DNA from: an uncultured delta proteobacterium
GTDB lineage: Bacteria > Desulfobacterota > Binatia > DP-6
Reading direction: 5' to 3'
Assembly: GCA_963815115.1 (NCBI GenBank)
Contig: CAWFFN010000005.1
Location: 832,001-896,000 of the forward strand
DNA: 64,000 nt
The position numbers and the translations under genes are program-made. Position 1 is the stretch's first letter; each line of letters starts with the position of its first letter. Below, one piece after another: positions 9,295 to 18,659 of this stretch. The notes below the pieces were generated by a model that ran no database searches, was not told where the DNA came from, and saw only the letters and a list, made by a program, of their open reading frames with translations.

Positions 9295-9403
9295 CGACCC
9301 GAGACCGAGTCTCGGGTCGGAGCGGAGAGCGAGGGTGAGGCTCGATGAGCGGTGCGAGCGCCGTGCCGCGGCCGGCGACGCCGGCGCGGCAGACGTTCCG
9401 GAG
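9295..9403 (+). repeat. Dispersed ~110-bp structured repeat, copy B
   Basis: CGACCCGAGAC-CGA-GTCTCGGGTCG ... TGCCGCGGCCGGCGACGCCGGCGCGGCAGACGTTCCGGAG, 5 nt after the btuB stop. Confidence 0.9.
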
Positions 9404-9454
9404 CGGGAGGCCGGCGGCACGGAAGTCGCGTGTGCCCCGAGCGCCTCGGCCTCT

Positions 9455-10621
9455 CTAGAAGAGCGCGGTCGGATCGGCCTGGGTCTGGAGGAAGTGGCCC
9501 GCCTGTCCCGCCACTGCGGTGGCGGGAGTCCCGCCGGTCGAGACGCCACCGCCGTTCCCCCCTTCGCCGGCGCAGCTGCCGCCGCCCCCGCCTGCCGACC
9601 GAGGATCGCCGGTGACCGATGCCGCGGCGCCGGCAGCTCCGGCGACCCCGCCGTCGACGGTCACCGTCCCATCGCTGACGAGCGCAGGGGCCAGGAGGTG
9701 CACGATGCCGCCTCCCCCGCCTCCTCCCGCGCCGTCCGAAACACCGCTGGGCGATCCGTCGCCGCCCTTCGCGCTTATGGTGGCCGGACCGGCATGGGAG
9801 ACGGTCCCGCGCGAGGCGAGGATCACGACACCGCCACCGCCCCCGCCGGTACCGGTGGCACCGGCGAGACCATCGGCGTTGATGGCGAACTGATTCCGGA
9901 TCGCGGTCGCGGCGAGCACGACGAGCGTTCCGCCACCCGTTCCGCCAGTGCCCGCGAACCCCCCACCCCCGCCTCCGCCGCCGAACGGGCCCGGATCGAC
10001 GAGCTGGCGCGCCGCTGTCTGGCCCATCCCGTCGCCGCCCTCGCCCGCGCTGAGCGTACTCGTGGCGGGACCCAGCTCTCCGCTGCCCGCCGGGCTGAGC
10101 CCGAGCCCCGGATTGGCATTGCGCACCGATGGCTCGATGGTGCCTGCATCCGTGCCGTCGCGGTCGGCGCCGGTTGCTGCTCCCTGCACGTTGATGGTGC
10201 CGTTGTTGGTGAACGTCCCGGTGCAGCGGATCACCGTCCCGCTGGGGATGGTGAGAGTCACCCCCGGAACGATGGTCAGATCGGTGAACTGGAAGTTCGT
10301 CGGTGCCACGAGTGGATCTTCCCAGTTCTCGTCGGCCCCCACCGTCCGGGCGCCGGCGGAGCCGTCGCCATAGATGCGGAGCTGGCCGTCGGCCCCGGCG
10401 TTCCCGGGCGACCCCGGCGTTCCGGGCGTACCCGGCGCGCCGGTCTCGCCGAGGGCGCCGAAGTCCGCGAGATTGAGCGGGACCTCCTTCTTCTTGCAGG
10501 CCGCGCGGACGGACACGTTGCCCTTCTTGGCGCGGCAGAAGACGTCCGCCCCCGCGTCGAGGGCCGTGCTCGCCAGGACGGCGAGGGCCGTGGTGAGGGT
10601 GAGCGAGCCGAATGAGTTCAT
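9455..10621 (-). CDS. Secreted glycine-rich protein with short collagen-like linker
   Basis: SD GAGGTG, signal peptide, Lys/Cys N-module (FCRAKKG..AACKKKE), Gly-X-Y triplets GETGAPGTPGTPGSPGNAGADG, and repeated GGGGGG-hydrophobic beta motifs. Confidence 0.75.
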   Translation of the reverse strand: MNSFGSLTLTTALAVLASTALDAGADVFCRAKKGNVSVRAACKKKEVPLNLADFGALGETGAPGTPGTPGSPGNAGADGQLRIYGDGSAGARTVGADENWEDPLVAPTNFQFTDLTIVPGVTLTIPSGTVIRCTGTFTNNGTINVQGAATGADRDGTDAGTIEPSVRNANPGLGLSPAGSGELGPATSTLSAGEGGDGMGQTAARQLVDPGPFGGGGGGGGFAGTGGTGGGTLVVLAATAIRNQFAINADGLAGATGTGGGGGGVVILASRGTVSHAGPATISAKGGDGSPSGVSDGAGGGGGGGIVHLLAPALVSDGTVTVDGGVAGAAGAAASVTGDPRSAGGGGGSCAGEGGNGGGVSTGGTPATAVAGQAGHFLQTQADPTALF

Positions 10622-10804
10622 GACCACCTCCTACGTTCCCAGCGAGCCTACGACGGTAGCGTGGCCGGCAGCGAACGGAATCGGGTGTCGCGTGGCGACG
10701 GGCCAGGACTCCGCCGGTCTTCACCGTATGCCGAGCGCGCGACCAGACCCGAGCAGTCGTCGCTCGTTACCTCGGTACTAGCTTGACAGTCGGAGCGAGG
10801 TCAC

Positions 10805-10999
10805 GTTAAGTGCGCACCGACACAGTCGGGTACGGGAAGGGGGTGCAAGGCCCCCGCTGCCCCGCAGCTGTAAGGGGTGACGATTCCGGTCACAACCACT
10901 GCCCCGCCAGGGGTGGGAAGGAACCGGAAGAGGACGAGCCCCGAGCCAGAAAACCTGCCCGACTGAGCCAGCAAGGAAGGCCTTCCGAGGGGAAGGAGC
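10805..10999 (+). promoter_or_regulatory. Cobalamin riboswitch 2
   Basis: Closing stem CAGTCGGGTA/TGCCCGACTG, GGGAA-GGGGGTGCAAGGCCCCC-GCTGCCCCGCAGC-TGTAA, ACCACTG, GGGAAGG, GAGCCAGAAAACC, and hairpin CCTTCC-GAGG-GGAAGG. TTGACA at 10783 upstream. Confidence 0.93.
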
Positions 11000-11074
11000 T
11001 GGGTCGTCGGGTTCCACACCGGTCGTGTGACCGGCGGGCACCGGCGCTCGTCTCCCCGGCAGGCGAGAAGACGC

Positions 11075-12577
11075 TTGAAGTCGCGACGCATCGCCTCCGC
11101 CCTCGCCATCGTCCTCGCGCTCGCGAGCGCGGGAGATCCATGCATCGCGCGGGCTGCCGAGGAGTGTCTTTCGGCCTGGCGGGTCGGCGCGCTTCCCGAC
11201 GCGCTCGGCAGTCGCAGGATCACGTGCCGCGACGGCGACCCTGCCTGCGACGACGACGGTGCGGCCGACGGCGTCTGCACGGTGTCCGCGACCCTCTGCC
11301 TGGACGTCGGCGGGTGCGCGGCGGCGCCGATCCAGGTTCACGTCGACGGCAGCGACACCCGCGTCGCCGGGGAGCTTGCGGCGGCGCTGAGCAGCCCCGT
11401 GGCGGTCGCCGACACGTGCGCCGGTCCACTCCCGGTACGCGTCGCGCTCGACGGCCACGCCCGGCGCGCCGCGACGCTGCGCGTGGAGGCGACGGAGGCG
11501 TCGGGAGGACGCGACGTCGATCGCCTCGCCGTGACCTGCCGCCGTGCGGGCGGCGCACGTGCGGTGGTGGCGACCACCGATTTCGAGACGGGACGTCTGG
11601 CGACGCTGGCACTGCGCACACCCCGGCGCGTGCAGTATCCCGACAGCGCGATCCACGACGACGCCGTGATCCGGACGAGTGGGGGCCGGCTGTTCGTCGT
11701 CAATCGGTTCCTGGGCGACAACATCCAGCTGCTCGACCCGCATCACGGCTTCCGCACGCAGTTCCAGTGCTCCACCGGACCCGGATCCAATCCGAACGAC
11801 ATCGTCGTCACCGCGCCCGACAAGGCGTACGTGACCCGCTACGGACGTCCCGAGCTCTGGATCGTCGATCCGGGAGCGTCCGCGTCCTGCGACGGGTTCC
11901 ATCGCGGCACGATCGATCTCGGCTCCTTCGCCGACGGCGACGGGCTCCCGGAGATGAGCCAGACGGCAGTGGTCGGAGGGCGTCTCTTCGTGAGCGTGCA
12001 GCGGCTCGACCGGCGAAAGGGGTTCACCCCCACGGGATCGAGCCAGCTGGTCGTGATCGACGTCGCGACCGACACGGTGATCACGGGCATCGAGCTGCAC
12101 GGGGCCAATGCCTTCGGCGACGCCAGCGGCATCGCGCGCGAGCCCGAGACGGGCCGCCTCGTGCTCGCCACGCCGGGCGACATCTACCGCATCGGAGACG
12201 GCGGCCTCGAGCGCGTCGATCCGGAGACGCTGGTTGCGGAGGGTCGCTTCTTCGTCACCGAGGACGCGCTCGGCGGCAACATCCTCGACTTCGTCCTGGT
12301 GTCGGCCACCAAGGGCTACGCCATCACCCAGGACGCCGCGCTGCACAATCACCTGATCTCGTTCGATCCCAGCAGCGGCACCCTGCTGCGCGATCTGCTC
12401 ACCCGCGACGCCTACCTGCCCGACATCATCATCGGTCCCGACGGACTCCTGTGGCTCGCCGACCAGAGCCTGCCCACTCCCGGACTGCGCCGTTTCGAAC
12501 CGGCCACCGACCGGGAGCTGACCCCGCGACTCATCGGCGTCGGGCTGCCGCCCTTCTCCATCGGATTCGCGCCATGA
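11075..12577 (+). CDS. Secreted YncE/BtuG-like beta-propeller with Cys-rich N-terminal domain (start TTG 11075 or GTG 11027)
   Basis: Signal peptide, [18 protein letters not shown] module, and propeller blades [48 protein letters not shown]. Confidence 0.7.
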   Translation: MKSRRIASALAIVLALASAGDPCIARAAEECLSAWRVGALPDALGSRRITCRDGDPACDDDGAADGVCTVSATLCLDVGGCAAAPIQVHVDGSDTRVAGELAAALSSPVAVADTCAGPLPVRVALDGHARRAATLRVEATEASGGRDVDRLAVTCRRAGGARAVVATTDFETGRLATLALRTPRRVQYPDSAIHDDAVIRTSGGRLFVVNRFLGDNIQLLDPHHGFRTQFQCSTGPGSNPNDIVVTAPDKAYVTRYGRPELWIVDPGASASCDGFHRGTIDLGSFADGDGLPEMSQTAVVGGRLFVSVQRLDRRKGFTPTGSSQLVVIDVATDTVITGIELHGANAFGDASGIAREPETGRLVLATPGDIYRIGDGGLERVDPETLVAEGRFFVTEDALGGNILDFVLVSATKGYAITQDAALHNHLISFDPSSGTLLRDLLTRDAYLPDIIIGPDGLLWLADQSLPTPGLRRFEPATDRELTPRLIGVGLPPFSIGFAP

Positions 12578-14076
12578 AGACGCTCTCGCTGGTCGCGCTG
12601 CTTCTCGCGCTGGCTCTTCCGGTACCGGGGCGGGCGGATCCGTTCCTCGATCGCGTCGTCCAGGTGACGATCGGCACGGGCGGCGGGGCCGGCGATCAGG
12701 CGAACGTGCTCGGCCCCCCGCGCGGCAGCGGCGCCTTCGAGGGCTCCAGCGATACCCTCTCGCTCGGACTGGGCGGGCAGATCGTCGTCGAGTTCACCGA
12801 CAATGCCGTGGTCGACCGGCCCGGAGCCGATCTCACCGTCTTCGAGAATGCCTTCCTGGTGAGCGGGCTCACGACGCTCCCGCCCTACGCCGAGCCGGGC
12901 ACGGTCTCGGTGAGCGCCGACGGCGTTCACTGGCGCACGTTTCCGTGCGCCGTCGACGAGGCGCCCTACTATCCCGGGTGCGCCGGTGTCTATCCCGTGT
13001 TCGCCAACGCGACGGATCCGTCGAGCCCCTCACCGGTGGTGCCGAGCACGGTGCCGATCGCCGACCTGGTGGGCATTCCGATCGACCAGTTCGCGCCGCC
13101 GCCGGGCTCGGGAGGCGACTCCTTCGACCTCGCGGCGGTCGGGCTCGCCGCGATCCGCTTCGTGCGCATCGATGCGAGCCAGATCGATCGCCGGCTGGCC
13201 GGCCTGTCGGGGTTCGACCTCGACGCGATGGCGGGCGTGCACTCGATCGAGACCGCCGGCGCTCCGGACAGCGACGGCGACGGCATGCCCGACCCGGCCG
13301 ACGACTGCCCGGGAATCGCCGACCCGGACCAGGCGGATGGCGACGGCGACGGCGTCGGCGACGCCTGCGATCGCTGCCTCACGGTCGCGAACCCGGATCA
13401 GCGCGATCGCGACCGCGACGGGGTCGGGGACGCGTGCGACAACTGTCCCGGTACGCCCAATCCGGACCAGCGCGACAGCGACGGCGACGGGATCGGCGAC
13501 GCCTGTGCGCCTGGCCCCCAGCCGTCGCCCGATACCGACGGCGACGGCGTGCCCGACGCGGTCGACGTCTGTCCGACGGTGCCCGATCCCTCGCAGGCGG
13601 ACGCCGACGGGGACGGCGTCGGTGACGCGTGCGACCGGTGCCCGCTGAATCCCGATCCCGGGCAGGGCGATCGCGACGGCGACGGGACGGGCGACGCGTG
13701 CGATCCGTGCCCCGCAGACGCGGCGTGCGGCCCGATGGTCGCGCCGGCGTTCATGGGAAAGGGGAAGCGCGGATCCGTCGAGACGCTGCTCGGCTACGCC
13801 GAGCCCGGCCAGCCGAAGGTGCGCGTCGCGCCCGGCACCACGCAGGCGGTTCTGATGGTCATCGTTTCACCGGAGGTGGCTCCCGGGAGCGTGCGGGTCC
13901 GGATCAAGCGACGCGACGTGACCGCCACGCTGCCTCCCTTCGTGCCGGGGTCGACACGAACGCTGCGGCTGCCGCTGACGGGACGTCGCCTCACCGTCGA
14001 GCTGAGCGCGGAGCCGGTAGGCCAGGGCGGCAAGCGCCGCGTGGACCGCGACCGTTTCACCTGGACGGTCCGCTGA
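12574..14076 (+). CDS. Cell-surface protein: BtuH-like domain, thrombospondin type-3 repeats and C-terminal domain
   Basis: ATGA overlap with the upstream gene, signal peptide [54 protein letters not shown], and repeats [15 protein letters not shown]..NPDQ. Confidence 0.75.
   Translation: MKTLSLVALLLALALPVPGRADPFLDRVVQVTIGTGGGAGDQANVLGPPRGSGAFEGSSDTLSLGLGGQIVVEFTDNAVVDRPGADLTVFENAFLVSGLTTLPPYAEPGTVSVSADGVHWRTFPCAVDEAPYYPGCAGVYPVFANATDPSSPSPVVPSTVPIADLVGIPIDQFAPPPGSGGDSFDLAAVGLAAIRFVRIDASQIDRRLAGLSGFDLDAMAGVHSIETAGAPDSDGDGMPDPADDCPGIADPDQADGDGDGVGDACDRCLTVANPDQRDRDRDGVGDACDNCPGTPNPDQRDSDGDGIGDACAPGPQPSPDTDGDGVPDAVDVCPTVPDPSQADADGDGVGDACDRCPLNPDPGQGDRDGDGTGDACDPCPADAACGPMVAPAFMGKGKRGSVETLLGYAEPGQPKVRVAPGTTQAVLMVIVSPEVAPGSVRVRIKRRDVTATLPPFVPGSTRTLRLPLTGRRLTVELSAEPVGQGGKRRVDRDRFTWTVR
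13267..13728 (+). repeat. Thrombospondin type-3 (Ca-binding) repeat array
   Basis: About seven DxDGDG(V/I/T/M)(G/P)Dxx units with CP..(N/D)PDQ spacers. Confidence 0.88.
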
Positions 14077-14124
14077 CGCGAACCACCGTCCCCACCATTG
14101 CGAAAGAGAGAGGAGAGGACATCC

Positions 14125-15588
14125 ATGAGGACGTTACGGGTTGCACTGGCTGTGGCTGCACTGTGCGGGGCGGCGCCTCCAGCATGGCGGGCAGAGGCCG
14201 CCGTCACCGCGGCGCCGGGCTACGCCGTGCGCGCGATTCCGACGCCCGGCAAGGTGCAGGGTGGAGTCGTCCGACGAGGTGGCGACATCTTCGTCGGCCA
14301 GGGCCCGACGTTCACGGGCGCCGCACAGAGCGTGATCCGCTTCAGCGAGGGCGGTCCGGCGACCACCGTCGCCAGCGGCTTCAACTCGCTCGGCGGCTTC
14401 GACCTGGCGCCGGACGGCACGCTCTACGTCGTCGACAACGGGCTCGAGGCGAGCGGTGCCACGTCGGGAGACACGCTGTACGCGATCCCGGACGCGCCGA
14501 CTCGGTCGAGTGTGCTGGCCGCCGCTGCGGCCGAGGTGCTTCCTTCCGGAAGCATCGACCTCGCCTCCGACGCGCTCGTGGTTCCCGGAGCAGTGCTGGT
14601 GAGCAACTCCGTCGGCCCGGGCGCTGGTACCGTGGTGCGCGTGGCGGGTGGGATTGCGACCAACCTCATCACCGGCCTCGACTATTCGGCGGGGCTGGCC
14701 GTCGATGGCTCGACGCTGCTGGTCGGCAACCTGGACGGGAGCTTCACCGGTTCGGTCGGGAAGTACGATCTGGCCGGCGTCTCGGGCGGACCGCTCGTCG
14801 GCGGGCTCTCGGGGAGCTACGGCGTGGTCGTCGACGGCGACGGGCTCGTGCTGGTGAGCGGCGGATTCACCGACGATTTCTCGAGCGGCACGGTGATCGC
14901 CGTGGACTCGACGGGCAGCGTCACCGAGCGGGCCCGGGGCTTCGGCTCGTCGGGCGAGATGTACTTCGACCCGGTGCGCAACGAGACGCTCGTCCTCGAC
15001 TTCGAGGCGCTGCAGATCGCGGCCATCTGCCGCGACCGCGATCGGAACACGGTCTGCGATGCGGACCAGGTGTGCACCGGCGGTGGAACCGTCACGAAGG
15101 CGAAGCTGACGGTCGCGGGGCTCGACACGCCTCCGGGCGACGACAAGACGACGGTCAAGGCGCAGGTGAAGCTCCCGGCCCCGTTCGATCCGCCGCTCGA
15201 TCCCGTCGCAAGGGGCGTCCGGGTGTCGATCGCGTGCGCCACGGGCGGGGTGACGGAGACGGCTGTGCCGCCGGGTGCGCTCGACAAGACGACCAAGACC
15301 GGCTGGAAGGTGAACGGCTCGGGCACGTCCTGGACCTTCTCCAGCAAGGCTCCCGTCGGGGCGCTCGGCATCACCAAGGTCTCGGTCAAGGCGGTGCCGA
15401 AGACCCCGGGGCTGCTCAAGGTCTCGGTGACCGGCAAGAACGGCAGCGTGCCGGTGGCCGCCGCGGACCTGCCGCTGGCCGCCTCGATCATCCTCGACCC
15501 GGTGGGTCAGTGCGGGGAGGCGACCTTCACGGACGCCGACCACACCTGCGCCCTGAACAGAAAGCAGAAGAAGGTGACCTGCAAGTAG
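14125..15588 (+). CDS. Secreted NHL/SGL-like beta-propeller with Lys-rich Cys-containing C-terminal domain
   Basis: SD AGGAG, signal peptide, blades GFDLAPDGTLYVVD, GLAVDGSTLLV, GVVVDGDGLVLV, and a C-terminal domain ending CALNRKQKKVTCK. Confidence 0.7.
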   Translation: MRTLRVALAVAALCGAAPPAWRAEAAVTAAPGYAVRAIPTPGKVQGGVVRRGGDIFVGQGPTFTGAAQSVIRFSEGGPATTVASGFNSLGGFDLAPDGTLYVVDNGLEASGATSGDTLYAIPDAPTRSSVLAAAAAEVLPSGSIDLASDALVVPGAVLVSNSVGPGAGTVVRVAGGIATNLITGLDYSAGLAVDGSTLLVGNLDGSFTGSVGKYDLAGVSGGPLVGGLSGSYGVVVDGDGLVLVSGGFTDDFSSGTVIAVDSTGSVTERARGFGSSGEMYFDPVRNETLVLDFEALQIAAICRDRDRNTVCDADQVCTGGGTVTKAKLTVAGLDTPPGDDKTTVKAQVKLPAPFDPPLDPVARGVRVSIACATGGVTETAVPPGALDKTTKTGWKVNGSGTSWTFSSKAPVGALGITKVSVKAVPKTPGLLKVSVTGKNGSVPVAAADLPLAASIILDPVGQCGEATFTDADHTCALNRKQKKVTCK

Positions 15589-15609
15589 TGCAGGTCATGA
15601 AACAGCGTG

Positions 15610-15652
15610 GCCCCGGCGGCGTAGCTCCCCAGCGCTGCGCCGTCCGGGGCCG
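15610..15652. terminator. GC-rich hairpin between convergent genes
   Basis: GGCCCCGG-CGGCGTAGC ... GCTGCGCCG-T-CCGGGGCC; no U-tract. Confidence 0.4.
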
Positions 15653-15668
15653 AGGTCGCGCGTCGCGT

Positions 15669-16547
15669 CTAGTACGTCCAGTTGAGGCTCCAGGTCCCGA
15701 CGACCCAGGGGTTGTTGCCCTTGTTGTAGTTCTTGAGGTTCGAGTTGAAGACGTAGACCGCGGCGCCGGCGGCCACGCTCCACGCGCCGTATTCCTCGGG
15801 CACGAAGGCCAGCGGGAGGCTGAGCGTCGCACCGCCCTTGTAGAAGCCGAAACCCTGGTCGTTGCCGCTCGGGCTCTCGAAGTAGTCGCTGACGCTCATG
15901 CCGATCTGCATCGGGAGCGCCAGCGTCACCGGATAGGTGTCGGACGGGAGCACGACCCAGTTCGGGTTGATGTCCACCTCGGCATAGGTGCCCGGCTTGG
16001 TGCCGAGCGCCGTGTTCTGGATCTCCCAGGCCATCAATACGGACGGGTTCAGTGCGAACGGACCGAGCCACTGGGCATCGCTGAGGCTGGCCAGGAGGTC
16101 CATCTCCTGCACCGTTGGGAAGGCGCCGTTCGGGTAGGTGTAGACGTAGTAGAACGGCCTGACCGTCACGGTGTTCCAGAAGCCGAATTGGAGCCCGGCC
16201 CAGACGTCGGCTTCGTACCAGTTGCCGGGTCCATTTCCGGTGGCCAGCGTCTTCTCGCTCTGGATGCTGTTCCAGTTCCCGGCGTAGATGGTGAAGTCGG
16301 TCAGGGCACCGTTCTCGTCCTTGTAGAGATGGTAGTCGACCTCGCCGTGCGGCTGCCAGATGAAGCCGCCCCGCTCCTGGAGGATGCCGCGGAAGAAGTA
16401 GGCGGTCGTGAAGTCCATTCCAGCGTTGAAGTTGACATTGCCCGTATTGACTGCCGCGTGCGTGACTGGCGCTGTCAGCAACACGACTGCCGCGGCGGCG
16501 AGCCCGAGAAGGCCAGCCCGGCCGCGAGGTTTCCCACTGTGCTCCAT
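15669..16547 (-). CDS. Outer-membrane beta-barrel (TorF/Gcw_chp-like putative porin)
   Basis: SD GGAGGG, signal peptide, FTTAYFFRGILQ, WYEAD, YVYTYP, alternating aromatic strands, and C-terminal WSLNWTY. Confidence 0.7.
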   Translation of the reverse strand: MEHSGKPRGRAGLLGLAAAAVVLLTAPVTHAAVNTGNVNFNAGMDFTTAYFFRGILQERGGFIWQPHGEVDYHLYKDENGALTDFTIYAGNWNSIQSEKTLATGNGPGNWYEADVWAGLQFGFWNTVTVRPFYYVYTYPNGAFPTVQEMDLLASLSDAQWLGPFALNPSVLMAWEIQNTALGTKPGTYAEVDINPNWVVLPSDTYPVTLALPMQIGMSVSDYFESPSGNDQGFGFYKGGATLSLPLAFVPEEYGAWSVAAGAAVYVFNSNLKNYNKGNNPWVVGTWSLNWTY

Positions 16548-16615
16548 GAACCCTCCCTCCTCTGCCGTTGAAGAACTCCCCGCCCCACGCGGAATCACGG
16601 TGGCGGGGCGGACAT

Positions 16616-16632
16616 AGCAACCGAAATGCCGG
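16616..16632 (-). promoter_or_regulatory. Candidate sigma-54 promoter for the porin gene
   Basis: Minus strand reads CCGGCATTTCGGTTGCT, GG-N10-GC with TTGCT, about 70 nt upstream of the ATG. Confidence 0.55.
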
Positions 16633-16726
16633 ACTTCAAACGAGGCGCAGAACGGTGAGGCTCCGGGCCGGAGGTCGAGGAATCGGGAACTTGGGGCTTC
16701 CGCTCCCCGACGATTCGTGGCTGGGG

Positions 16727-17638
16727 GTGCCCGATTGGAAGCGCGCGCTGCCCAGCGAATGGGCAGCGGGCCTGAATGCGCCGGTCGCCGTCGCGCTGCT
16801 CACGGTCGGTCTCGCTCTCGTGGGCGCCCTCGGCGGATGCGGAGGGTCCAGCTCGCCCCCGGTCCCTCGCGAGGCGTCTCGCATCGTCTCGCTCGCGCCG
16901 TCGACCACCGAGATCGTCTTCGGCCTCGGAGCGGGAGATCGGGTCGTGGGGGTCTGCGCCCAGTGCGACTATCCCGACGAAGCCACCCTGCTGCCTCACG
17001 TCGGCGGATACCTCGCCCCGAGCGTCGAGGCCGTCCTCGGCCAGCGACCGGACCTCGTCCTGGTGGTGCCGTCGCCCGGCAATCGCGAGGCCGTGCGGAC
17101 CCTCGAGCGCGCCGGCATCCCGGTGCTCGTGACGGCCGACCGGACGCTGGACGATCTCTGGGGCGCGATCCGGACCGTGTCGGGCGCTCTCGGCCTCCCC
17201 GAGCGCGGGGCCGAGATGGAACGCGACGTGCGCGGCGCGCTCGATCGGGTCAGGGCCCGGGTGGACGGGCTGCCGCCGCGCCGCGTGCTCCTCGTGGTGG
17301 GCCATCGCCCGCTCATCGTGGCCGGCGGCGGGACCCTGCAGGACGAGCTGGTGCGGGCGGCGGGCGGCGTCAACGTGGCGGCGGACGTCGGAGCGGCCTT
17401 CCCGCAGGTGCCACTCGAGCTGGTCGTGGCCCGTGCCCCGGACGTGATCGTGGATGCGGCGATGGGCACGGAAGCAGGCGGACGCGAGCTGTTCGCCGAC
17501 CTGGCAAGCGTGCCGGCGGTGCGCGACGGGCGGATCGTCGCGTTTGCGCCCGACGCGCTCTTCCGGGCGGGACCCCGTGTGGCGGAGGCCGCAGCCGCGC
17601 TCGGCGCCGCCATCCACCCCGAGGCCTTCGGCTCCTGA
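16727..17638 (+). CDS. btuF: Cobalamin ABC transporter substrate-binding lipoprotein (start uncertain)
   Basis: Lipobox LGGC, RIVSLAPSTTEIVFGLG, CDYP, RPDLVL, PAVRDGRI and RAGPRV; B12 context. Confidence 0.82.
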   Translation: MPDWKRALPSEWAAGLNAPVAVALLTVGLALVGALGGCGGSSSPPVPREASRIVSLAPSTTEIVFGLGAGDRVVGVCAQCDYPDEATLLPHVGGYLAPSVEAVLGQRPDLVLVVPSPGNREAVRTLERAGIPVLVTADRTLDDLWGAIRTVSGALGLPERGAEMERDVRGALDRVRARVDGLPPRRVLLVVGHRPLIVAGGGTLQDELVRAAGGVNVAADVGAAFPQVPLELVVARAPDVIVDAAMGTEAGGRELFADLASVPAVRDGRIVAFAPDALFRAGPRVAEAAAALGAAIHPEAFGS

Positions 17639-17642
17639 GGCG

Positions 17643-18659
17643 GTGGCGGTGCGGCCCCCGCATCTCACCCGCCGGCGGCTGGCGGTCACCGCGGCCGGGT
17701 TCGGCGCGCTGCTCGTGGCCTCGGTCGTCGCGGCGGCGCTCGTCGGTCCGGTGCACGCCAGCCTGTGGACGGCTCTCGCGCCGGGCGGCGAGCACACGCC
17801 CGATTTCGCCATCCTCTTTCGTGCCCGGTTGCCCCGCGTCCTGCTGGGCGCCGTCGTGGGGGGCGCTCTCGCCTGCTCGGGCGCGGCGCTCCAGGCGCTC
17901 CTCGGCAACCCGCTCGCCGATCCCCACCTGCTCGGCGTTTCCGCAGGGGCCGCGGTCGCCGGAGCGATCGCCCTGGTCGCGGGAGCCGATCCGGTGTCAC
18001 CGCTGGTCCCCCTCGCCGCGTTCGCCGGCGCGCTGGCCACGGTCGCCTCGGTGTTCCTCGTGGCGCGCGCGGCCGGCAAGACGTCGCCCTACGCGATCCT
18101 GCTGGTGGGGGTCGTCTGCAACGCGCTCGGCGCGGCGGCGATCATGCTCGTCAACGCCATCGCGAGCTACACCCAGGCGCAGGGGATCCTCTTCTGGATC
18201 ATGGGCTCGCTGTCCGCACAGAGCTACGGGCTGGTGGCCATCGTCACCCTCTATGCGCTCCTCGGCGCGGCCGTGCTCTTCCGCCACGCCCAGAACCTGA
18301 ACCTCCTCGCGGCGGGCGAGGAGGGTGCGCTCACCCTGGGCGTCGAGGTCGAGGGCGTGCGGCGGGCGGTCTTCCTGGCGGCTTCCCTGCTCGTGGGTGC
18401 CGCCGTGTCGGTGAGCGGAATGATCAACTTCGTGGGGCTCATCGTCCCCCACCTCCTGCGCCTGCTGCTCGGTCCCGACCTCCGCCTCCTGCTGCCCGCC
18501 TCGTTTCTCGGCGGCGCCGCCTTCCTCGTGTGGGCGGATGCCCTCGCGCGCACCGCGTTCGCGCCGAGCGAGCTGCCGGTGGGGGTGGTGACGGCACTGC
18601 TCGGCGGGCCGTTCTTCCTGGTCCTTCTTCGCCGGAGCCTGCGCCGGGGCCAGCCATGA
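17643..18659 (+). CDS. btuC: Cobalamin/iron-chelate ABC permease (FecCD family)
   Basis: RLPRVLL, QALLGNPLADPHLLGVSAGA, FVGLIVPH and ELPVGVVTALLGGPFF. Confidence 0.88.
   Translation: MAVRPPHLTRRRLAVTAAGFGALLVASVVAAALVGPVHASLWTALAPGGEHTPDFAILFRARLPRVLLGAVVGGALACSGAALQALLGNPLADPHLLGVSAGAAVAGAIALVAGADPVSPLVPLAAFAGALATVASVFLVARAAGKTSPYAILLVGVVCNALGAAAIMLVNAIASYTQAQGILFWIMGSLSAQSYGLVAIVTLYALLGAAVLFRHAQNLNLLAAGEEGALTLGVEVEGVRRAVFLAASLLVGAAVSVSGMINFVGLIVPHLLRLLLGPDLRLLLPASFLGGAAFLVWADALARTAFAPSELPVGVVTALLGGPFFLVLLRRSLRRGQP

Noticed and set aside
10810-14076. 1088-aa ORF running from riboswitch 2 through two genes
   Set aside because: The first ~590 codons are Arg/Pro-rich off-frame translation of the riboswitch and the propeller gene. 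The real protein starts at ATG 12574 with a signal peptide.
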